Origin: Armatimonadota bacterium
GTDB lineage: Bacteria > Armatimonadota > UBA5829 > DTLH01
Assembly (NCBI GenBank): GCA_038207085.1
Contig: JBBRAE010000004.1
Location: forward strand, 1-64,000
Direction of reading: 5' to 3'
Length of the DNA: 64,000 nucleotides
Shown: one piece after another, positions 38,989 through 47,266 of the stretch
Numbering within the stretch: position 1 is the stretch's first letter
Layout of the letters: every line of letters starts with the position of its first letter
Made by a program: the position numbers and the translations under genes
The notes under the pieces: model-generated
The model's database searches: none
What the model was told of the DNA's origin: nothing
Seen by the model: the letters and a program-made list of their open reading frames with translations, nothing else

Positions 38989-39266
38989 AATGCAAATTGC
39001 AAATTGAAAAATGCAAATTGACGGGATAGGTGGAGGGCGATAGGCAGTACTCCAGTTCTTCCGGATCTGTACCAACTGTTCGTCCGGATCTGTGATCCGG
39101 GACGTCTGGGCCGGATAGGCATCTGTGATGCTGGTAGATTGGGCACAGTCGAAAGAACGGGATCACAGATCCCTTGTTTGCCCTTGGGCCCCGGATTGCA
39201 AATCTGGGCCAACGTACGCCCACCAATCTCCCAAATCTCGCCAGTCCCAATTTTGCACTTTGCATT
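38989..39266. repeat. Modular hairpin mosaic repeat, locus 2 (modules A+D+C)
   Basis: A at 39008-39041 and C at 39160-39266 match locus 1; D at 39060-39089 is identical to 45250-45279. Confidence 0.85.
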
Positions 39267-39321
39267 TCCCTCCCGTGTGTGTCATAATAGTTAAAATTGT
39301 ACATTACTATGAAAACTGAAG

Positions 39322-42300
39322 GTGAAGCTATTGGTTGCTAATCGCAGCCGGTATGAGGTTACGGAAGACTGGAGCGCCAGCTGGATCTGGTGCGAGGGCG
39401 AAAGCCATCCCAGAAACTTCCATATTTACGCGCGAAAGGCCTTTAAGCTGGCGAGCAAGCCGGTGTCGGCCCGTATCAGGATCACCGCGGACAGCCGTTA
39501 CAGGTTGTATGTCAACGGGAACTACGTTGGCTGGGGGGCAGCAAACTCCATCACCCGCAGACTGACCTATGATACCTACGATATCACCCCGTTTCTAAAC
39601 AGGGGTAATAACGCCATCGCCGTTATCGCGTATCACCTCGGACACCCGGCATCTAATTACATACCTCGCCGAGCAGCGCTTATCTGCGAAGCTGACATTG
39701 AGCTAAAGAGCGGCGCCGAGAAGATCGTCACCGACGAATCTTGGCGCGTCATACCGGCAGCCGCGTGGACCGATCACGGCAGCCGCGTGGCCCGAAACCT
39801 CGGCTATCAGCAGGTTTACGACGCCGCACTCGACGCCGACGGTTGGAACGAGGCCAAGTTCAACGACTCCAAGTGGCTGGCGCCGCATGTGCTCGGCCAG
39901 CCTCCTATGTCACCGTTCGGCAGGCTTATGCCGCGCGATATCCCACGTGTAGTCGAGCAGAACATACTGCCCGTTGAGATCGTCGGGATGTACGACGCCC
40001 CTCCGATGCCTGCTGAGCTGCTTCCCCCGGACGTGCCGAGGTTTATCTCGCAGTCCGAGCTAAAGCCCATTGAAGCGGGACGGGTAGACAAAAGCGAGCG
40101 CATTCTTGCTGAAGGCGACGACGCGACGATGGTTCGCGTGCCCACTGAGGGTGGCGTCTCGATTATCCTCGACTTTGGCCGACAGGTCTACGGTTCGCTT
40201 GAGATCGCGCTCTCAAAATGCACCAGCGGCATCCTCGACATCGCCTATGATGAGACGATCGACCCCAAAAACGGCATTCGCCCCGACCGAGGCGGCATCC
40301 GCTACACCGACCGCATCATCATCAAGAAGGGCAAACAGGTCTGGAGCAGTTTTGAGCCCAGAGCCTTCCGATACGTGCAGCTCGATTTTAGGGAGTGCGC
40401 GAAGCCTTTTGCTCTGAACCACGTTTTTGTGAGGGATTCGGCGTTCCCGATCGCCCTTATCGGCGCTTTTGAGTCAAGCGATCAGACTCTGAACTATGTA
40501 TGGCAGAACGGGGTCGACTCGGTGCGTCGGGTGCTTATGGAGAGCTATCTCGACTCGCCCTGGCGCGACCGCACGCCGAGCTTTGCAGACGCAGTCGCCG
40601 CGATCAGGCCCGCGTACTCCGCATTTGGCGAGGCCCCTCTTGTAGAGGAACGCCTGCGCCACATAGCCGCCTCCCAGCGCAGAGACGGAGCGCTCCTTGC
40701 GCTTCACCCCAGCGCCGAAAACCGCGTTTTTGTCGATCTTGCGATGCTTTTTGTAATCGCAGTGTGGGACAATTACGTCTGTGGCGGCGACAAGGAGCTC
40801 TTGGCCGACCTGTACCCGACGATTGACCGCTGGCACGGCTGGATCAGCCGGTTCGTCGACGACGACGGCTTGCTTTTTGACGTGCGCGCCGACCTGCTCC
40901 TTGACTGGGGAGGCGTGAACCGCCACGCGGAGATGGCCGGTCTTAGCTGCATGTATCTTGGAGCCCTCGTTGCTATGAAGCAGATGGCAGAGGTGCTTCG
41001 TCGCGACGCCGACGCCGTCGAGTATGACCGCATCGCCGTCTCGCTTCGTGCGGCTATCGACAAGAACTTCTGGAGCGAAAAGCGCGGGCTCTACTCCGAC
41101 ACCCGGATGTATGGCAAGCTCGACGAGCATTTCTCGCGCCAGACCAACATCCTTGCGGCGCGTTTTGACGTGCCGAACCACTATCAGAAGTCGTCAATCC
41201 TCAGGCAGGTGCTCGATGAGCGCGGCCTGCCACAGGTGAACTCACCGATCTTTACCGCGATGCTTGTCGAGACGATGTGCCGCGCGGGTTACGTCGAAGA
41301 GGTCCTCGGATTTATCCGTCAGACCTGGGGGCGTAACGCCGGCGTCTCATCGTCTATTCTTCCGCCGGTCCATCAGCTGCAGGCGTACCTGCTTGGGGCC
41401 GTTCCGACGGGGAACCCGGCAAGGCTTCGCTTTGAGCCCCATATCGCAGACCTCAGGTGGGCCGAAGGGGTCATTCCGACTCCCTCAGGCCCGGTGCGCG
41501 TCCGCTGGAAAGCGGGTATCCGCGGGTTCGCAATGGACGTCGAACTCCCGAACGGTGTGACCGCTGAGATCGTCCCTCCGAGGCATGAGCTTGGGTCGCG
41601 GATAACGGTGGACGGCGCGCAGACCGGCGGCTCGGTGATCGAGCTTGGTCCGGGATTCCACAGCGTGTTGATCTCCAGATCGAGGACGCCAGGCCGCATC
41701 CCCCAGGTGCCTATTGAGGTCGAGATCGTTGAGCTGGTCGAGACGATCCATATCCCGCCAAACCGCGGCGACATCGAGACTGTCGAGCAGATGATCCAGA
41801 TCCTTACCCAGATGGAAAAGGAACATGTCTACGTCATCCCCTCAGATGACGAGGACGAGGGCGTGATAATCCCCGAGGCTCGCCTTGATGAGCCGGAGAG
41901 GAAGTCGCGCAGACGCGGCAGACGCGGTCGTGACAGGCGCGAAGAGCCAGTTCGTGAAACTGAGACCGCCGAAGTCGCTCCGGCGATTGAGACTGAGTTT
42001 ACAGAAGAAATAGAGCCATCTCTGGAGACTGCCACAACCTCCGAAGAGCAGGGCCGCGAGAATCGTCCCAGGCGAAGACGCCGCAGAGGAAGAGGTCGTA
42101 GCGGTTCTCAGCCCTTCGACGGCTCTCAGGATGGCGAGGTCACCGAATCGACCGAAACCACAGAGGCTGTCGAACCTGTCGAGCAGGCCGCAGAGGCCAC
42201 GCAGGAGACTTCCGAACCGGTGGAAGAGTCTTCAGACGAGCGCTCAGACAGCAGGCGTCCAAGACGCCGTCGCCGCAGAAGCCGCAGTGGTCAGGATCAG

Positions 42301-42915
42301 CCCGTTTCTGAATCTCCGACAGATGAAACCGTCGTCGAAGAGCCAGTCGAGGCCGAACGAGTTGCCTCAGAGGAGCCCGAAGCCTCGTCCGATCAGCCTT
42401 CGAGGCGTCCGAGGCGCAGAAGAAGGCGCTCCGGCAGAGGTGGTCAGAACTCCCAGACAGCCGAGACCGTTCAGGCCGAAGCTGCTCCGGAGCCGGTGGA
42501 AGTCGCTCCCGCTCCCGAGCCCGAGCAGACCGAACAGTCCGAGCACCGTTCGAGGTCAAGGTCCCGCTCAAGACGCAGGCGTTCGCCAAGGCCTGTTGAA
42601 GAGCAGCCCGAAGCCGTCGCGCCGGTCGTTGAACCTGCTCCCTCGGAAGCACCGGCAAGGCCCGCGAGACAGCGCACCCGTCGCGCTCCCAAGCCTGCAG
42701 AGGCCACCGAGCAGCCAGCAGCCGAACCGGTCGCAAGCCAGCCGTCAGAGAGCGACAAGGCTCCAAGGCGAAGAACCCGCAGAACTGCGAAACCCGCAGA
42801 GCCTGTCGTGGAACCGTCGTCTGAGCCTGCAGCGTCAGAATCGGCTCCAAAGCCAAGACGACGCAGACCAGCGCGCAAGCCCGCGACCTCCGAAGAAACT
42901 CCTTCGGAGGGCTAA
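39322..42915 (+). CDS. GH78 alpha-L-rhamnosidase-like protein (degenerate active site) fused to a long Arg/Glu-block disordered tail
   Basis: ASWIW, ITADSRYRLYVNG, LDFGRQ, FRYVQL, FW...GLY.D, WAEG.IPTP.G; C-terminal ~410 aa of low complexity. Confidence 0.85.
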   Translation: MKLLVANRSRYEVTEDWSASWIWCEGESHPRNFHIYARKAFKLASKPVSARIRITADSRYRLYVNGNYVGWGAANSITRRLTYDTYDITPFLNRGNNAIAVIAYHLGHPASNYIPRRAALICEADIELKSGAEKIVTDESWRVIPAAAWTDHGSRVARNLGYQQVYDAALDADGWNEAKFNDSKWLAPHVLGQPPMSPFGRLMPRDIPRVVEQNILPVEIVGMYDAPPMPAELLPPDVPRFISQSELKPIEAGRVDKSERILAEGDDATMVRVPTEGGVSIILDFGRQVYGSLEIALSKCTSGILDIAYDETIDPKNGIRPDRGGIRYTDRIIIKKGKQVWSSFEPRAFRYVQLDFRECAKPFALNHVFVRDSAFPIALIGAFESSDQTLNYVWQNGVDSVRRVLMESYLDSPWRDRTPSFADAVAAIRPAYSAFGEAPLVEERLRHIAASQRRDGALLALHPSAENRVFVDLAMLFVIAVWDNYVCGGDKELLADLYPTIDRWHGWISRFVDDDGLLFDVRADLLLDWGGVNRHAEMAGLSCMYLGALVAMKQMAEVLRRDADAVEYDRIAVSLRAAIDKNFWSEKRGLYSDTRMYGKLDEHFSRQTNILAARFDVPNHYQKSSILRQVLDERGLPQVNSPIFTAMLVETMCRAGYVEEVLGFIRQTWGRNAGVSSSILPPVHQLQAYLLGAVPTGNPARLRFEPHIADLRWAEGVIPTPSGPVRVRWKAGIRGFAMDVELPNGVTAEIVPPRHELGSRITVDGAQTGGSVIELGPGFHSVLISRSRTPGRIPQVPIEVEIVELVETIHIPPNRGDIETVEQMIQILTQMEKEHVYVIPSDDEDEGVIIPEARLDEPERKSRRRGRRGRDRREEPVRETETAEVAPAIETEFTEEIEPSLETATTSEEQGRENRPRRRRRRGRGRSGSQPFDGSQDGEVTESTETTEAVEPVEQAAEATQETSEPVEESSDERSDSRRPRRRRRRSRSGQDQPVSESPTDETVVEEPVEAERVASEEPEASSDQPSRRPRRRRRRSGRGGQNSQTAETVQAEAAPEPVEVAPAPEPEQTEQSEHRSRSRSRSRRRRSPRPVEEQPEAVAPVVEPAPSEAPARPARQRTRRAPKPAEATEQPAAEPVASQPSESDKAPRRRTRRTAKPAEPVVEPSSEPAASESAPKPRRRRPARKPATSEETPSEG

Positions 42916-42920
42916 CAGAT

Positions 42921-42957
42921 AAAAAAAGGCCGCCCAACTGAATGGGCGGCCTTTTTT
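42921..42957. terminator. Bidirectional intrinsic terminator
   Basis: AAAAAAAGGCCGCCCA-actgaa-TGGGCGGCCTTTTTT between convergent genes. Confidence 0.9.
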
Positions 42958-42963
42958 GATGGT

Positions 42964-43941
42964 TTAAGCCAGAACCGTTCGAATCCCCGCTATCGCGTCT
43001 TCTACCTGAGGAATCACGAACTCCTCCATCTGCGGGCTGAAGGGTATCGGCGTGTCGGTCGTACAGACCCGCTCTACCGGCGCATCGAGGTAATCAAAGC
43101 ACTCTTTGCCGATCCTCGCCGCGATCTCACCCGCGACTCCAGCGGTAAGATGCCCCTCATCGATCACCACCGCGCGCCCGGTTTTCTTGACCGAGTTGTA
43201 GACCGTCTGCCAGTCCATCGGCACAAGCGTCCTCGGGTCGATCACCTCGCACTCGATCCCCTCTTCGGCAAGCTTTTCGGCTGCGGCCAGGGCCTTGTGC
43301 ACCATATACGAGATCGCGACCACCGTCACGTGTCTGCCTTCGCGCTTGATGTCAGCGACGCCAAAGGGCACTGTGTGTTCGCCTTCTGGCACCGGCCCAC
43401 CCTCGAAGTAGAGCTTTTTGTGCTCGCAGAAGATGACGGGGTTGTCGTCACGAATCGCCGTTTTGAGAAGCCCCTTGCAGTCGGCTGGGTTCGACGGCGC
43501 GACGACGTACAGCCCCGGAGTGTGGACCATCCACGCGTGCGGGCTCTGCGAGTGCTGGGCGGCGGTTGCGCCTCGCGCGCCGATCGTCATACGGAGCACG
43601 AGCGGCGCTATTGCCTTGCCGCCGGACATATATCTTGCTTTAGCGATCTGGTTTACGATCTGGTCCATCGCGACCGCCGCAAAGTCGCCGAACATAAGCT
43701 CCGCGATGGGTCGGCCTCCGACCAAAGCGGCCCCAAGCGCCGCTCCTACGAACCCGGCCTCGGAGATGGGGGTGTCGCGAACGCGCTCGTCGCCAAACTC
43801 CTCCCACATCCCCTTGGTGACGGTGAAAATCCCGCCGTGAGGCCCGACGTCTTCGCCCATCACAAAGACGCGCGAGTCGGCTCGCATCTCCTCGACCAGC
43901 GCCTCTCGGAGCGCCTCGGCTTGCGTCAAGTTCTTAAGCAT
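42964..43941 (-). CDS. 2-oxoacid/acetoin dehydrogenase E1 beta subunit (PdhB/AcoB family)
   Basis: MGEDVG, RVRDTPISE, AQHSQS, EVIDPRTLVP. Confidence 0.93.
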   Translation of the reverse strand: MLKNLTQAEALREALVEEMRADSRVFVMGEDVGPHGGIFTVTKGMWEEFGDERVRDTPISEAGFVGAALGAALVGGRPIAELMFGDFAAVAMDQIVNQIAKARYMSGGKAIAPLVLRMTIGARGATAAQHSQSPHAWMVHTPGLYVVAPSNPADCKGLLKTAIRDDNPVIFCEHKKLYFEGGPVPEGEHTVPFGVADIKREGRHVTVVAISYMVHKALAAAEKLAEEGIECEVIDPRTLVPMDWQTVYNSVKKTGRAVVIDEGHLTAGVAGEIAARIGKECFDYLDAPVERVCTTDTPIPFSPQMEEFVIPQVEDAIAGIRTVLA

Positions 43942-44914
43942 AGAGGTCCTCCAGCGCCCGTTCGGGGGCTGGGAACGGCTGCGCCGCGGCCCATTCCTCG
44001 GCCTCTCTCATCTCAGACTCGACTTCGGCCTGGATACGGGCGTCCTCATCTTCTGTCAAAATTCCATCAGAAATCAGAATCGATCGGCAGAGCTTCACCG
44101 GGCAGCGCTCTTTCCAAGCGTCAAGCTCGCCTTCGGGACGATACCGCGCCGGGTCGCCCGCGTGGTGGCCCATCCACCGGTATGTCTTGCACTCGATCAG
44201 GCTTGGCCCCAGACCCTTTCGAGCCCGTTCGACAGCCCGCTTCGCCGCATCGTAGACGGCTGAAACGTCCATCCCGTCGACTACCTCGCCCGGAATGCCG
44301 TAACCGATCGCTCTGTCCGCGATGTCGACGATCTTCTGATGCCTGTTCTGCCGCACAGAAATCCCATAGAGATTGTTCTCACAGACGAACACGACGGGCA
44401 AATCCCAAAGCGCCGCAAGGTTGATCCCCTCGTGAAACGCCCCCTGGTTGGAGGCCGCGTCCCCAAAGAAACATGCGACAACCGAGTCACCGCCACGCAT
44501 CTTCATCCAAAGTCCCGCGCCCGCCGCGATAGGAATCCCCGCGCCGACGATACCGTTAGCGCCGATGATTCCAAGGGAGAGGTCGGCGATATGCATCGAG
44601 CCGCCCTTGCCCTTGCAATACCCCGCTTCGCGCCCCATAATCTCAGCCATCATAAGCTTCGGGTCGCCGCCCTTTGCAAGCACGTGTCCGTGGCCTCGGT
44701 GGGTGCTGGTGACGTAATCGTCCTCCCGAAGCGCCTCCGTCACGCCGACCGCGACTGCCTCCTGCCCGAGGTAAACGTGCGCAAGCCCCGGCATAAGCGC
44801 CGCAAAATAAACATCGCGCACGCGCTCCTCAAAGACCCGCATGCGGACGAGCTGTCTATACATTGTCAACAGGTGAGTATCCTGTGTAGGTCGAGTTGTA
44901 ACTGCTTTTGCCAT
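43934..44914 (-). CDS. 2-oxoacid/acetoin dehydrogenase E1 alpha subunit (PdhA/AcoA family)
   Basis: GQEAVA, STHRGHGH, GKGGSMH, TPP motif FFGDAA...ENN, KTYRW.GH. Confidence 0.93.
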   Translation of the reverse strand: MAKAVTTRPTQDTHLLTMYRQLVRMRVFEERVRDVYFAALMPGLAHVYLGQEAVAVGVTEALREDDYVTSTHRGHGHVLAKGGDPKLMMAEIMGREAGYCKGKGGSMHIADLSLGIIGANGIVGAGIPIAAGAGLWMKMRGGDSVVACFFGDAASNQGAFHEGINLAALWDLPVVFVCENNLYGISVRQNRHQKIVDIADRAIGYGIPGEVVDGMDVSAVYDAAKRAVERARKGLGPSLIECKTYRWMGHHAGDPARYRPEGELDAWKERCPVKLCRSILISDGILTEDEDARIQAEVESEMREAEEWAAAQPFPAPERALEDLYA

Positions 44915-45073
44915 TCCAAGCTCCTTAGCTTACATGGTCGCTCGAAGCAGCTTTGATGTCAAGGGGTTTGGATAGGGCGAACGCATCTTAGCTGTCGGGC
45001 AGCGCCGAACGCCCGTAGTGGCGGGTCGCCGCGCCCGCTTCGCCGGGACGGCCACTACGTCGGTTGCCCCCAC

Positions 45074-45300
45074 CGATCGTTCGGGAGATTGCTCCCGAAT
45101 GCAAAGAAGAACGAGGACTTAAGTCCGGGGCAAGGGCTACAGCCGACTGAGCGGGAGCTAAGCTCCCTCGCTGTTCTTTGCGTGCGCGATACACATCGCA
45201 CACGATCGGGAGTCGTGAGATAGGTGAAACCGCCATCCCGAGTGCGAAGTCCGGATCTGTACCAACTGTTCGTCCGGATTTGCAATCCGGGCCAACGTAC
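45074..45300. repeat. Modular hairpin mosaic repeat, locus 3 (modules B+D+partial C)
   Basis: 45074-45207 matches 14506-14639 at 133/134 nt; 45250-45279 equals 39060-39089. Confidence 0.85.
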
Positions 45301-45367
45301 AACCACCAACCCCCCAACCCCCAACCCTCGCTAGTCCCCTCTGGACTCTGAACTATTTCGCCTGCCC

Positions 45368-45412
45368 TTGACACAAACCTCCCTCTATCGTAATATGTAA
45401 CCAGGTTACATA
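45368..45412 (+). promoter_or_regulatory. Promoter with overlapping palindromic operator (probable MarR site)
   Basis: TTGACA-17-TAATAT; perfect 9-1-9 palindrome TATGTAACC-A-GGTTACATA at 45394-45412. Confidence 0.75.
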
Positions 45413-45442
45413 ACGCCAATCCCTGGGTATAAACAAGCAGAC

Positions 45443-45979
45443 ATGGATACTGCTCGGTATGTTGAGAAGATAGCGACGCTGTTTGGCAAGATAGTGGCGC
45501 GGATGAGTGTTGACTCGGAGTCCGAGGCGATGGGCCTTACGCCGTCGCAGGTGCAGGGGCTCGCGTATCTGTTTCATCACTGCGAGTCGTCGGTCGGCGA
45601 CATCGCGGCGGGGCTTGGGATGACCCACCCGGCGGCGGTCAAGCTGGTTGACAGACTGAGAAAGAAAGACCTCGCCAGCCGCGTTGAGAGCGTGACCGAC
45701 AGGCGGGTGTCGATTATCGGGCTCACCGAAACCGGCAGACTCGCGGCGGACAGGATTTTAAGCGCACGCACCGAGTCGCTTGCCAGGGCGCTTGGCACGA
45801 TGGATCAAAAACAGCTTGAAGATGTTATGCGGGGGCTCGAAACTCTCCTCGCGGCGACGCTTGCGGACCAGAAAACGGTCGAGTCGGCGTGCCTGCGCTG
45901 TGGGGACGATCACTTCGGCTGCTGCATTATCAATAGAGCTCATCTTGAGCTCACCGGAGCAACGATAGAACACACCTGA
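45443..45979 (+). CDS. MarR-family regulator with Cys-rich C-terminus
   Basis: LTPSQ...IAAGLGMTHPAAVKLVDRL...DRR...LTETG; tail CLRCGDDHFGCC. Confidence 0.88.
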   Translation: MDTARYVEKIATLFGKIVARMSVDSESEAMGLTPSQVQGLAYLFHHCESSVGDIAAGLGMTHPAAVKLVDRLRKKDLASRVESVTDRRVSIIGLTETGRLAADRILSARTESLARALGTMDQKQLEDVMRGLETLLAATLADQKTVESACLRCGDDHFGCCIINRAHLELTGATIEHT

Positions 45980-45992
45980 CAGGGGGCACGAA

Positions 45993-47177
45993 ATGAACAA
46001 CGTAATCTATCTCGACCACGCGGCCACAACGCCGACGGACCCCGAAGTCCTGCAGGCGATGCTGCCGTATTTCACCGACCGCTTTGGAAGCGCGTCGACT
46101 CTGTATTCGATCGGCAAAGAGACCCGCGAGGCCGTCGAAGCCGCACGCGAAGAGGTCGCGCTCCTGATCGGAGCAAGGCCGGATGAGGTCTACTTCACAA
46201 GCGGCGGCACCGAGTCGGACAACTGGGCCGTCACCGGCACAGCCGTCGCAAAGGCCGACAAGGGCAACCATATTATCACGACCAAGATCGAGCACCACGC
46301 GATCCACGAGCCGTGTCACACGCTTGAGAAACACGGCTATGAGGTCACATACATTCCCATCGACAAGGACGGAGTAATCGACCCTGACGACGTGCGAAAA
46401 GCGATCAACGAGCGCACCATTCTGATCTCGGTCATGCACGCAAACAACGAGATCGGGACGATCCAGCCCGTTGAAGAGATCGGTCGCATCGCCCGCGAGC
46501 AGAAGATTCTCTTTCATTCCGACACCGTCCAGAGCGTCGGAAGCATACCCGTCGACGTAAACGCGATCGGCTGCGACATGCTATCGATCTCTGCGCACAA
46601 GCTCTACGGACCAAAGGGTATCGGGGCGATGTATATCCGCAAGGGCACGCGCATCGGCAAGTTCATGCAGGGTGGGGGCCAGGAGTCCAACCGCCGCGCT
46701 GGGACGCACAACGTTCCGGCGATCGTCGGGCTTGGCAGGGCCGCCGAGATCGCTCGAACCAGCATGGACGAGGTCACCCCGAGGATCGTGTCCTACAGAG
46801 ACAAGCTGATCGATGGGATACTCTCAAAGATCCCCGACGTGCGACTGAACGGGCACAGGACTAATCGCCTTCCGAACAACGTCAACGTCTCGTTTGAAGG
46901 AATCGAAGGCGAGTCGATCATCCTGCTCCTGGACATGCACGGCATCTGCGCATCATCGGGCAGCGCCTGCACCTCGGGCTCGCTTGACCCGTCGCATGTG
47001 CTCCTGTCGCTTGGTCTGAAGCACGAGGAGGCCCACGGAAGCCTGCGCCTCACCCTTGGTCGCGAGAACTCGGAGTGGGACGTGAAAAACGTGCTCGAAG
47101 CGCTCCCGGTCATCGTCGAGCGCCTGAGGATGATGTCCCCGCTCTACTCGGCGAAAAGGTCGGGAGTCGGGGTATAA
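45993..47177 (+). CDS. iscS: Cysteine desulfurase (IscS/NifS type)
   Basis: YLDHAATTP, FTSGGTES, SAHKLYGPKG, SSGSACTS. Confidence 0.95.
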   Translation: MNNVIYLDHAATTPTDPEVLQAMLPYFTDRFGSASTLYSIGKETREAVEAAREEVALLIGARPDEVYFTSGGTESDNWAVTGTAVAKADKGNHIITTKIEHHAIHEPCHTLEKHGYEVTYIPIDKDGVIDPDDVRKAINERTILISVMHANNEIGTIQPVEEIGRIAREQKILFHSDTVQSVGSIPVDVNAIGCDMLSISAHKLYGPKGIGAMYIRKGTRIGKFMQGGGQESNRRAGTHNVPAIVGLGRAAEIARTSMDEVTPRIVSYRDKLIDGILSKIPDVRLNGHRTNRLPNNVNVSFEGIEGESIILLLDMHGICASSGSACTSGSLDPSHVLLSLGLKHEEAHGSLRLTLGRENSEWDVKNVLEALPVIVERLRMMSPLYSAKRSGVGV

Positions 47178-47266
47178 CTATTATCAGTGTGTTCTATCAC
47201 TCTGCCCCAGTGGCAGTGTGACGCAGCGGCGGCCGTTCCCCTCCGGCCGCCGCTGCAATTTTAGAC

